Positions 27,916-39,601 of a stretch of DNA of 64,000 bases are shown here, piece by piece. The position numbers and the translations under genes were made by a program. The notes under the pieces were generated by a model. It did not search any database and was not told where the DNA came from. It saw only the letters and a program-made list of their open reading frames with translations. Where the stretch lies: NCBI GenBank assembly GCA_964016885.1, contig CAXHJY010000869.1, positions 1 to 64,000 of the forward strand, in the 5' to 3' direction. Origin of the DNA: Eledone cirrhosa. Its lineage: Eukaryota. Within the stretch, counting starts at the first letter, position 1; each line of letters starts with the position of its first letter.

Positions 27916-28069
27916 ACGTCTCAATAACTGCATGCATATGCGCACGAGTGTATATATATATAGATGCCTCAATAACTATGTATGTATAAGCGCACGAGTA
28001 TATTTATTTCTGGGACAGTTGACATTGTGTATTGAGGCATATATGTACTATGTGTACTTTAAAGCATTC

Positions 28070-30987
28070 CCCTCTCTCTCTCTCTCACTGACTCGCTCTC
28101 TCACTGTCTGTTTGTCTCTCTCTCTGTCTCTCTCTCACTGACTCTCTCCCTCTGTGTCTCTCTCTCTCTCTGTCTCTCTCTCACTGAATCTCTCCCTCTG
28201 TCTCTCTCCCACTGTATCTCTCTCACCGACTCTCACTGTCTCTCTCTCTCACCGCCTCTCTTCCACTGTCTTTCTCCCACTGTCTCTCTCTCACTGTCTC
28301 TCTCTCTCACTGAATCTCTCCCACTGTCTCTCTCCCACTGTCTCTCTTCCACTGTCTCTCTCTCACCGTCTCTCTCTCACTGTCTCTCTTTCACTGACTC
28401 TCTCCTACTGTATCTCTCTCTCACTGTCTCTCTCCCACTGACTGTCTCTCACTATCTCTCTCTCTCTGTCTCTCTCTCACTGACTCTCTCCCTCTGTGTC
28501 TCTCTCTCTCTCTCTGTCTCTCTCACTGAATCTCTCTCTCTCTCTCTCTCTGAATCTCTCCCTCTGTCTCTCTCCCACTGTATCTCTCTCACCGACTCTC
28601 TCTCACTGTCTCTCTCTCACCGTCTCTCTTCCACTGTCTTTCTCCCACTGTCTCTCTCTCACTGTCTGTCTCTCACTGTCTCTCTCTCACTGTCTCGCAC
28701 TGTCTCTCTCTCTCACTGAATCTCTCCCACTGTCTCTCTCCCACTGTCTCTCTTCCACTGTCTCTCTCTCACCGTCTCTCTCTCACTGTCTCTTTCACTG
28801 ACTCTCTCCTACTGTATCTCTCTCTCACTGTCTCTCTCTCTCACTGAATCTCTCCACTGTCTCTCTCCCACTGTCTGTCTCTCACCGTCTCTCTCTCACT
28901 GTCTCTCTCTCACTGTCTCTCTCTCACCGTCTCTCTCCCACTGTCTCTCTCTCACTGTCTCTCTCTCACTGTCTCTCTCTCACTGTCTCTCTCTCACTGT
29001 CTCCTTCTCTCACTGTCTCTCTCTCACTGACTCTCTCCCACTGTATCTCTCTCACCGTCTCTCTCTCACCGTCTCTCTCCCACTGTCTCTCTCCCACTGT
29101 CTCTCTCCCACTGTCTGTCTCTCACCGTCTCTCTCTCACTGTCTCTCTCTCACTGTCTCTCTCTCACTGTCTCTCTCTTACTGTCTCTCTCCCACTGTCT
29201 CTCTCTCACTGTCTCTCTCCCACCGTCTCTCTCCCACTACTCTCTACGACTGTCTCTCTCTCACTGTCTCTCTCTCACTGACTCTCTCTCACTGAATCTC
29301 TCCCACTGTCTCTCTACGACTGTCTCTCTCTCACTGTCTCTCTCTCACTGTCTCTCTCTCACTGTCTCTCTCTCACTGTCTCTCTCTCACTGACTCTCTC
29401 CCACTGTCTCTCTCCCACTGTCTCTCTCTCACTGTCTCTCTCTCACTGACTCTCTCCCACTGTCTCTCTCCCACTGTCTCTCTCTCACTGTCTCTCTCCC
29501 ACTGTCTCTCTCTCACTGTCTCTCTCTCACTGAATCTCTCCCACTGTCTCTCCCACTGTCTGTCTCTCACTGTCTCTCTCTCACTATCTCTCTCTGACTC
29601 TCTCCCACTGTATCTCTCTCTCACCGTCTCTGTCTCACCGTCTCTCTCCCACTGTCTCTCTCTCACTGTCTCTCTCTCACTGTCTCTCTCTCACTGAATC
29701 TCTCCCACTGTCTCTCCCACTGTCTGTCTCTCACTGTCTCTCTCTCACTGACTCTCTCCCACTGTATCTCTCTCTCACCGTCTCTCTCCCACTGACTCTG
29801 TCCCACTGTCTCTCTCTCACACTCTCTCTCTCACCGTCTCTCATCCGCTGTCTCTCTCTCACTGTCTCTCTCTCACTGTCTCTCTCTCATTGTCTCTCTC
29901 TCACTGTCTCTCACCCACTGTATCTCTCTCTCATTGTCTCTCTCTCACTGTCTCTCTCTCACTGTCTCTCTCTCACTGCCTCTCTCTCACCGTCTCTCAC
30001 CAACTGTATCTCTCTCTCACTGTCTCTCTCTCACTGTCTCTCTCCCACTGTCTCTCTCTCACTGTCTCTCTCTCACTGACTCTCTCTCACTGTCTCTCTC
30101 TCACCGTCTCTCTCCCACTGTCTCTCTCTCACTGTCTCTCTCCCACTGTCTCTCTCCCACTGACTCTCTCTCACTGTCTCTCTCTCTCACCGTCTCTCTC
30201 TCACCGTCTCTCTCTCACCGTCTCTCTCCCACTGTCTCTCTCCCACTGACTCTCTCTCACTGTCTCTCTCTCACTGAATCTCTCCACTGTCTCTCTTCCA
30301 CTGTCTCTCTCTCACCGTCTCTCTCTCACTGTCTCTCTCTCACTGACTCTCTCCCACTGACTCTCTCACTGTCTCTCTCTCACTGACTCTCTCCCACTGA
30401 CTCTCTCCCACTGACTCTCTCCCACTGTCTCTCTCTCACCGTCTCTCACCCACTCTATCTCTCTCTCAATGTCTCTCTCTCACTGTCTCTCACTGTCTCT
30501 CTCTCACTGCCTCTCTCTCACCGTCTCTCACCCACTGTATCTCTCTCTCACTGTCTCTCTATCACTGTCTCTCTCCCACTGTCTCTCTGTCACTGTCTCT
30601 CTCCCACTGACTGTCTCCCACTGTCTCTCTCTCACTGTCTCTCTCTCACCGTCTCTCTCTCACCGTCTCTCTCCCACTGTCTCTTTCTCTCACTGTCTCT
30701 CTCCCACTGACTCTCTCTCACTGTCTCTCTCTCAGCGTCTCTCTCTCACTGTCTCTCTCTCACTGTGTCTCTCTCACTGTCTCTCTCTCACTGTCTCTCT
30801 CCCACTTTCTCTCTCCCACTGTCTCTCTCTCACTGTCTATCTCTCACTGTCTCTCTCCCACTGTCTCTCTCTCACTGTCTCTCTCCCACTGTCTCTCTCT
30901 CCCACTGTCTCTCTCTCACTGTCTCTCTCTCACTGTCTCTCTCCCACTGTCTCTCTCTCACTGTCTCTCTCCCATTGTCTCTCTCCC
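28070..30987. repeat. ~2.9-kb (CT)-rich satellite, ~12-14-bp unit CACTGTCTCTCT(CT)
   Basis: Direct. Confidence 0.95.
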
Positions 30988-31476
30988 ATATATATATTTC
31001 TCTTACTTTCTTTCGTCCCCTCTGTCATGTCAGTTAACACTTTCTCTCTACTGACCTCTTCCTCACACTTCCACTCACTCACTGTTTCTCCCCTTCTCAC
31101 CCCCCCCCCCCCCGTTCGCGACGTTAACGATTCCTTCTTTCTTACATCGGATTCATTTCGAAAGGTCTATTTTCTACTCGCTCATATATTCACCCAGCTT
31201 ATACTGATAGAATAACTATGTAGCTTGTGTCTTTTCCTATCTTCGGTTATCTTTCCTCTATGTTGTTTACTTGTCTCACTCGCTTTACGCGTTTTAATTG
31301 TCCTAATAACTTATTTTAGTTATTATTGCGCCAACGTGAGGTATATGATTTTTAATGCAATGAAATACCTATGACCGTTGGTAAATCACTGATGAGGGAC
31401 TCATTTTATAACATGTTATCCATGTGCAACCATGCAGTATTCTTCTCCCCATTTTTTCATATATATATATATATAC

Positions 31477-31835
31477 ATTCATATATATATAGCTATTTCA
31501 GAGCACCAATTCTAATTTTCAATTTCTGCTTGACCGGCAACCGCTCTGTATAATCAGTTCCTGATTATTTACTAGAATTCTATAAGAACCAAACATCCAT
31601 GATTTCAGCAAACAGGAGGAGTAGTCGGCTTTGATAAGCATCAATAAATGCGAAACAAGGCCTTGTCAGCTTTATCTCCCCTGTTTGCTGAAAATTAAAG
31701 TAAGTGAGCCTGTCACTACACTAAAACAATAGCATAAGGTCTTCGAAATGCTTTTAATTAAGCATACAGTGTATTGCAAAATACACTATATATACATTCA
31801 TATATATATAGCTATTTAAGAGCACCAATTCTAAT
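31477..31835 (+). mobile_element. Retrozyme-like ~319-bp monomer with terminal direct repeat
   Basis: CATTCATATATATATAGCTATTT(C/A)AGAGCACCAATTCTAAT at 31477 and 31796; contains HHR. Confidence 0.75.
31603..31693 (+). ncRNA. Type I hammerhead ribozyme, U3-A8 core variant
   Basis: TTTCAGCAAACAGG..GGAG..GGCT-TTGATAA-GCAT-caataa-ATGC-GAAAC-AAGGCCTT-GTC-AGCT..CTCC-CCTGTTTGCTGAAA. Confidence 0.85.
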
Positions 31836-31980
31836 ATATATATATATATCATAAAACATGTCTATAGAATCACAAGATAAAATATATACTATTTATATAT
31901 ATATATGTATATATATGTGTATATAATAGAAAAAAACGGGTAAGTTTCGTTTACATATGAAAAATATTTATTGCGTATCG

Positions 31981-32056
31981 ACCTGTTACGCGCGTTTCGC
32001 ACAGGATTGGCTCAAGGTGACACATTGGAGAGTATCGATCTGCTCCTCAGACTGGT
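31981..32056 (-). ncRNA. Hammerhead ribozyme with enlarged domain II
   Basis: Minus strand ACCAGT-CTGAGGA-GCA...TGC-GAAAC-GCGC-GTA-ACAGGT. Confidence 0.65.
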
Positions 32057-32630
32057 GATGCGACAAATGATATAGTTTAGTTGTGGTATGTGGGCCGAGA
32101 AGGTATATATATATAGAAAGAGGCATTGGCTCTATTTTTTTATGTGCTGTGTGTATTTTGGTGCAATTGGTGGCGTATGAATGCAGGTGTGTATTCACCG
32201 ATATTCATGTGCGTGTTTACGTGAGCGCGCTAGCAATTAATGAATCGTGTTTGTATATATTGGAATGATTTTAAGCCCTACGGCTGAGGTCTTGCTGCTT
32301 TGACTACATGTAGGTAACTAGGGCAGAAAATAATTATAATACCTAGACTATTCTTTCTTAGATATCCTGTACTAAGCTGAACAATTGTTTCACTGTTCTT
32401 GACTAGTATCTCCCTATCTGTCTGTCTATCTGTATATTTATCTCTCGGCCTCTCTTTCTCACTTTCTCTCTCTCTCGTCCTCTCTCTCACTCTCCCTTTT
32501 TCTCCCCCTCTCTCCCTTTCTCTCTCTCACTTTCCCTTCTCTCTCACTCTCTCTCTCTCTCTCTCTCTCTTCCCGTTCTCACTTTCTCTCTCTCGCTTTC
32601 ACTGTTTCTCTCTCACCCCCCCCTCTTTCT

Positions 32631-32664
<34 letters not shown>

Positions 32665-32668
<4 letters not shown>

Positions 32669-32852
32669 ATTATTACTGGAACTCTATAAGAATCCAACAC
32701 ACATAATTTTCAGCAAACAGGGGTGGTGAACTTTGATAAGTACCAAAAAGTACGAAACAGTGCTCTGTCAGTTAAAACATGATTTTAAAACAATAGCGTA
32801 TGGTCTTCAAAATGCTTTTAATTAAGCATACAGTGTATTGCAAAATACAAAA
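32665..32852 (+). ncRNA. Partial retrozyme-like copy with U3-A8 hammerhead (core 32729-32773)
   Basis: AACT-TTGATAA-GTAC-caaaaa-GTAC-GAAAC-AG-tgct-CT-GTC-AGTT. Confidence 0.8.
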
Positions 32853-32864
32853 TATTGATGAACA

Positions 32865-33370
32865 TTACAACCCCTAGAGGTGAACTAGCTTACTAATTTA
32901 GAAGGGCCCTAGATAAACTTAAACTAAATATTAAGATACTGGAAAGACCAGGTACCTCCATAAAAACACTTATTAATAATACATACTCTTTTCAAAGACC
33001 TCTCTGTATAGATAGGAAATGCATAATCTGTAAACTAGGCCCCCATATTAACTGTAAAACTAGAAACATAGTATATATCATAGGATGTACTGAGGGGCAA
33101 TGTAAAGATGAGAATATAATGTACATAGGTGAGACAGCTCGTAGCATAGGAGAACGATTAAATGAACACTGGCGAGAACTCCGAGATAGAAAAGACTCAT
33201 AAGTACTCCACCAACATGCTAAAATAGAACATAAGGGCAAACTAGAGAACATAGAAATAAAAATAAAATCTACATACAGAAAAGACAATGTTTAGACAAA
33301 TCACAGAGGCAATAAACATAAATGAACTCCAACCGAAATTAAATAGAAAACATGAATGGAATAGCAACAT
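32865..33370 (+). pseudogene. Penelope-like element GIY-YIG endonuclease relic
   Basis: ERPGTSIK..CIDRKCIICKLGPHINCKTRNIVYIIGC..C..YIGETARSIGERLNEH..RQITEAININELQPKLNRKHEW; two TAA stops and a frameshift. Confidence 0.9.
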
Positions 33371-33583
33371 CACAACTTACAATTAAGGACAAAATGAAAA
33401 CACACACACATAGAACAAACAACCAACCAGTAACATGTAAAGAAACAAATAAATAAACAAATAAAAACACACACAGACACCCGGATGTAACACATGCGCA
33501 AACTAAGCACACAACACACACAAAAACAAGATGGCGTAGGACAGAACAAAGGAGAGGCACAACACAAACAAAAGAATCCCCAG

Positions 33584-33624
33584 TCACTGAAGAGGTCACA
33601 TAATGTGTGACAAAAGAACTTTGA
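33584..33624 (+). ncRNA. Degenerate HHR in the 3' region of the Penelope relic
   Basis: TCA-CTGAAGA-G-GTCACA-taatg-TGTGAC-AAAA(G12 lost)-GAACTT-TGA. Confidence 0.55.
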
Positions 33625-33774
33625 GAATATATGAACAACCGTCCGGTGGTGGAACCAACCAACCAACCGGAAATTTATAAAAAATTTTAAATTTATAATT
33701 TAATTTATAATAAATTGAAGTGAAAGCAACTGGTGCATGTGTTTCTTATTGGCAACATGACCCTCCCAAAGTAT

Positions 33775-33871
<97 letters not shown>

Positions 33872-34015
33872 GAGTATATGTTGGTTGTATACCAGTTGGT
33901 TGTATTCCAGTTCCTCAGAGAAATAACAACCCAACCAGGAACTGGACATTTCAGAGTATTGACAAAATCATACACCTCAACAACATATGTACTTGTCTAT
34001 ACCACACTAATTCAA

Positions 34016-34070
34016 ACTGCCTGAAGAGGTCTCAGCCAAAGATGGCTGACACTGAAATATATATAGCAGT
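34016..34070 (+). ncRNA. Type I hammerhead ribozyme (Penelope-type)
   Basis: ACTGC-CTGAAGA-GGT-c-TCAGCCA-aaga-TGGCTGA-c-ACT-GAAA-TATATA-TA-GCAGT. Confidence 0.85.
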
Positions 34071-34115
34071 AATAAACGAAGCTAAATTTTAAACATTTGA
34101 CTTTTTATTTAACTT

Positions 34116-34147
<32 letters not shown>

Positions 34148-34399
34148 TCATACATTCAAACATACATACATGCATATTTATGTTAAATTCGTAAACCCAG
34201 TTGAAACCATATTTTCATTAAACGTATGTTTAGCCAGTTGTGAAAACAGATCCCGTGGTTTAACCACAAGCAATTCTGCTGACATGATTTGTGGCCATAT
34301 TGTTTCTTTCGACTCCGGTTAAAAAAGGCATCGTCAGAATACAATCAAATACCTCTTACTTTCAGATCGAATGTAACGATAGTATAATAGTCTAGTCGA

Positions 34400-35115
34400 A
34401 CTTTCTGTGGCATGAAGCGACTGAGAGTACAATCCACACACCCCTGGACAGGATAGCAGTCCATCGCAGGGTTAAACCACCAGCTATTGCTGGCATTAAT
34501 TTTCAGTTGAGTATACTGGAGCAACGGGAAATGAAGCGTTTTGCTCAAGAACACAACATAAAAAACTAGCCCAGGAATAGAACCCGTGACATTATGATCG
34601 TAAGTCCATCACTTAACCATTGGAGTGACATGAAATGAAGTGTTTTGCTCAAGAACACAACATAAAAATTAGCCCAGGAATACAACCTAAGACAGTATCA
34701 TTGTAAGTCCAACACTTTACCACTGGTGTGACATGAAATTACCGTATTTCCCAGCGCCGAAGATGCTTCGTCCTCGAGGACGCACCCTAATTTTGACAAC
34801 CAAAAGTTTGAAAAAAAATAATAAACAACTTTCGGCCTCCAGGACGCATAGAAGATTTTTGATACTTAGTTTAGGAAAAAAAGTAGCGTCTTTGGCGCCG
34901 GGAAATGCGTTTTGTTTTGCTCAAGAAAACAACACAACAACCGGCCCAGGAATCGAACCCACGACATTATGATCGTAAGTCCAACAACCTTACCACTGGA
35001 ACAACATGAAATGAAGTGTTTTGCTTAAGAAAACAATACAACACGCAGCCCAGGAATCGAACCGACGACATTGTGATCGTAAGTCCAGCTCATTTACCGA
35101 GCCACGCGGCCCCAC
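34400..35115 (-). mobile_element. CORE-like SINE with several tandem head fragments
   Basis: Repeated GAAATGAAGTGTTTTGCTCAAGAACACAAC...CCCAGGAATCGAACC. Confidence 0.8.
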
Positions 35116-35459
35116 ACGATAACACTTATGGTAATATATAAACACCGTCAGCGGTTGACCTGATTGCATTTACATATCGGTGCAAAGTTGAGTAGGTACA
35201 ACGATAATAACAGCAATGAATAAACAGCAGATCAACTCAGCAGATAGGAGATAACAATTTGTACACGGAATTGGAGGCGAATGTTTTCACATCATATATT
35301 TTATTAACTATAGAATCAGTAGAGCATCGGACAACATGCTTTTGTGGCATATAGGTATGTCGCTTTACGTTCTGAGTTCAAATCCCGTCCAGGTTAAATT
35401 TGTCTTTCATCCTTACGAGGGCTTCATCAAATAAATTAACCGGAACGTACTGGGACCAC

Positions 35460-36225
35460 GTATTGGACGACAAGGTCACTTCAGAAGCTCTCTACATTCC
35501 AGAACCACATCATGAGACTTGTGACTGGCAAGCGGCTCACCGATCGTATCTGTATCAGTGAGCTGGTCTTGACTGTGCTAATTGGACGACAAGGTCACTT
35601 TAGAAGCTCTCTACATTCTAGAACCAGATCATGAGACTTATGACTGGCAAGCGGTTCAACGACCGTATATGTATCAGTGAGCTGGTTTTGACTGTGCTAA
35701 TTGGACAACAAGGTCACATCAGAAGCTCTCTACATTCCAGAACCACATCATGAGACTTATGACTGGCAAGCAGCTCAGCGATCGTATTTGTATCAGTGAG
35801 CTGCTCAACATTACCAAACTTAGACCAATTACATCAATTGTCAAGTCAAGAGTACTTAAATTATACGGTCATATAAAAATATCAACTCGTGGTGTGAGTA
35901 GGTTATGTATGGAAAGAAGGTTGGCTGGTAAGAGAAGTAGGGGTCAGCAGCCAAAACTACGGCTTGATAATGTCAACCTATGGACTGGACTTGATCTTTG
36001 CACTTTAAACTCTGCTGTTGGTGATCGAAAGGTATTATATATTCCTGGAAGGAAGGTTGGCTGGTAAGAGAAGCAGAGGCTGGCAGCCACAACGATGGCT
36101 TGGTAATGTCAAGCTATGGACTGCACTTGATCTTTGCTCTTTGAACCCTGCTGCTGGTGATCGAACTTTGTGGAGAGAGATACTACATGTTGATGCACAG
36201 TCTACAGCTGGCGGAGTTTAGCGTC
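35460..36225 (+). mobile_element. RTE-like LINE 3' end with 119-bp triplication and a second internal duplication
   Basis: KLSTFQNHIMRLMTGKQLSDRI..RVLKLYGHI..GKRSRG..DRTLWR. Confidence 0.8.
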
Positions 36226-36318
36226 ACCAGAAGAATTGGGGCCAATTTAATTGACCTTCTCATCCGCCCCCCTATTTTGTTATCCTTATGCCCAAATCAG
36301 AAAACATATACTATATAG

Positions 36319-36784
36319 CATGGATGTCAAACTGAGGGTACCCCCGAGGGCCACATGGATCACATATGTGTTGTCTGAGGACCATATGGGTCACATATGT
36401 GTTGTCTGAGGACCATATGGGTCACATATGTGTTGTCTGAGGACCATATGGGTCACATATGTGTTGTCTGAGGACCATATGAGTCACATATGTGTTGTCT
36501 GAGGACCATATGGGTCACATATGTGTTGTCTGAGGACCATATGGGTCACATATGTGTTGTCTGAGGACCATATGGGTCACATATGTGTTGTCTGAGGACC
36601 ATATGGGTCACATATGTGTTGTCTGAGGACCATACATAACAACTAATTGCGCACATTACTACTAATTTTTTTTTTTATATTACAAAGAAAAAACATGTTC
36701 GAGCTGTAAAAACATTTGTACGGACCGCAGGTGTGCTTGTAAATGGGCGCATGCGGCAGGCGGGCCGCATGTTTGTCATGCCTG
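36319..36784. mobile_element. hAT-type MITE containing a 31-bp tandem array (~9 copies, 36347-36635)
   Basis: TIRs CATGGATGTCAAAC / GTTTGTCATGCCTG; imperfect 8-bp TSD CTATATAG/TTATTTAG. Confidence 0.7.
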
Positions 36785-36807
36785 TTATTTAGGTAGTGGA
36801 TTGTCAG

Positions 36808-37022
36808 TGAAGGCGTGTGGCTGAGTGGTTAGAGAATTGGATTCGCAATCGTAAAGTTGTGAGTTCGATTCCTGGACCGGGCGGTGCGTTATGTCCTTGA
36901 GCAAGACACTTTATTTCACGTTGCTCCTTCTACCTGGAGTTGCGACCGATAGATAGTATTAGCAATTGGAAAGACCAATGGAAACACTGTTTCCTCGGTC
37001 CGATTTGACGAAAGTCGATCGT
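36808..37022 (+). mobile_element. CORE-like tRNA SINE (inverted paralogue at 63793-63981)
   Basis: A-box TGGCTGAGTGG, B-box GAGTTCGATTCC, GTCCTTGAGCAAGACACTT. Confidence 0.85.
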
Positions 37023-37024
37023 TG

Positions 37025-37650
37025 GGAATTGTCAGTATCATTAGAGTGTCATGCATGCTTTTTTGGCATATAGTTATGTCCCTTTACGTTCTGAGTTCAA
37101 ATCCCGCCGAAGTTAGCTCTGCCTTTCCTCCTTACAGAGGCTCAATAGGATGAAGTGTCAGTAATGCACTGAGGTTGATTTAGTAGAATTTCCCCTTTCC
37201 ACAAAATTGTCGTCATTGTACATGAATCAGATCGCTGGTGTTGTTTATATATTACCATAAGTGCTATCATGTGGAGGCGCGTGGCTGGGTGGTAAAGGAG
37301 TTGGTCTTATGATCATTATGTCGTGGGTTCGATTCCTGGGCTGGGTTTTGCGTTGCTTTCTTGAACAAAACACTTCATTTCATGTCACTCCAGCCGTAAA
37401 GGTGTTGGTCTTACCATCAAAATGTCACGATGGGGAATTAGCAGAATCGGTAGAGCGTCAGACAACATGCTTTGCGGCATGTAGTCACATCCCTTATGTT
37501 TCTAAGCTCAAATCCCAACTAGATGAGCCCTGTCTTTCATCCTTAATGGGGATCGATATAATAAAGTACTAGTAATACATTAGGGTCGATTTAATTGACT
37601 TTCCCGCTCCCCTATTCTCGGAAATGGGCCTATATCTGAAACCACTAATA
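37025..37650 (+). mobile_element. Cluster of diverged SINEs (family A, CORE-like head, family A)
   Basis: B-boxes at ~37094, ~37327, ~37506. Confidence 0.7.
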
Positions 37651-37857
37651 ATTAGTCAAAGTGTATATTTTTTGTTTTGTTTTTGTTGCGTTTTTTCTTC
37701 TGTGGAATCTGTGTATGTGTTAATGTATGTGAGAGTGTTTGAGTGGGACTAAGACGTAGCCATAGTTGTGTGTGTGTGTGTGTGTGTGTGTATGTCTCTC
37801 GGCGCATGCGTGCTGTAGTTTACGAATATCATTTTTTTTGTTGCATCAATGTCATTT

Positions 37858-37900
<43 letters not shown>

Positions 37901-37904
<4 letters not shown>

Positions 37905-38101
37905 AAAATGTATGATTCCGACGGCAGAGCTCAAGCCGTTTCGACGGCTATTTCTGGACTCGGGGCCCCAGAAATAGCCGACGAAATGGCTTGAGCTCTG
38001 CCATAGGGGTTAAACTTTTTCCTATTACCCGCTCTACTACCCTAAGTATTGAGTACTCTGGTGCGTTATTGTCCATCTGGTTCTTTACCACACCTCCTTC
38101 G

Positions 38102-38104
<3 letters not shown>
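37901..38104 (+). mobile_element. (TA)n-embedded palindromic element, copy 1
   Basis: TAGGA..GAGCTCAAGCCGTTTCGACGGC / inverse arm plus 80-bp tail ending CCTTCGTTA. Confidence 0.85.
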
Positions 38105-38141
<37 letters not shown>

Positions 38142-38261
38142 TAACACGTAATTATATTAGATATATTACACACATATATAATATATATATATGCCCCAGC
38201 ATGGCCTCAGCCGGATGGCTGGATCAGATATATATAGTAAAAGATATATATATAGAAATAT

Positions 38262-38332
<71 letters not shown>

Positions 38333-38354
38333 TTATATATTATATATATTATAT

Positions 38355-38444
<90 letters not shown>

Positions 38445-38457
38445 ATAAATATATATA

Positions 38458-38516
<59 letters not shown>

Positions 38517-38628
38517 TTATATATTATATATATATTATATATATATATATTATATATATATATATATATATAATATATATATTTATATATATATATATAT
38601 TATATATATATATTATATATATATATAT

Positions 38629-38659
<31 letters not shown>

Positions 38660-38728
38660 ATATTATATATATATATATTATATATATATATATATATTAT
38701 ATATATATATATATATTATATATATATA

Positions 38729-38771
<43 letters not shown>

Positions 38772-39185
38772 ATACTTATATGTGTATACACGTAAATTTA
38801 TTTGACATAGTACACACACACACTCACACACATATATATATATATATATATATACGTCCATGTAAATAATGAACATCTGTTTTGCCACAGACACCATTTA
38901 TCTGAGTGACTGAGACATATTATCTCTAAATATAATCCAAACGCGGAAATAATAGCAACCACACACACGCACACACACTGACACACACACACACACTCAC
39001 ACTGACACACACGCACACACACTCACACACACACTCACACTCACACACACACACACTGACACACACGCAGACACACACTGAAACACACACACACTCACAC
39101 TGACACACACACACACTCACACTGACACACACTCACACACACACACTCACACACTCACTCACACACTCACTCACACACACACACA

Positions 39186-39232
<47 letters not shown>

Positions 39233-39601
39233 GTATATATATAAACTTTGTGACAGGAGCATTAAAATGTTTGCTCTATAAATGTTTCTCCTCTGTGTGT
39301 ACAGAAACGGAAATTGCTGTTTGATTATCTATTATTACTAAATGCCGCAGCGCCATCTGTCAGACAGAGGGGCCTTGTGACATCTTTTTTACTATTGAAG
39401 AAGCCCTTCATTTTTCTTTCTTCTTATCTCTTGTTGTTTTTTTTTTTCCTTTTTACCTTTCTGAGTTCGAAATCCTACTGAGGTTAGCTTTGCCCCGAAA
39501 TGACCCCGGGAGTTGGTTTTGGTTATTTTAACGCGTCTTGCTTGCAATTGGCCACGTGGCCGCCTGCACACGGTGCCGGATTTAGGCAAGGATTGGCAGA
39601 T

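Noticed and set aside
31389-31410. CTGATGAG as a hammerhead core
   Set aside because: No helix II or GAAA follows.
32865-33370. Selenocysteine recoding in the PLE ORF
   Set aside because: In-frame stops are TAA and there is a frameshift, consistent with decay.
36808-36880. tRNA gene
   Set aside because: A/B boxes belong to a SINE head; no full cloverleaf.
39348-39363. CTCF-like motif CAGCGCCATCTGTCAG
   Set aside because: Single partial motif with no support.
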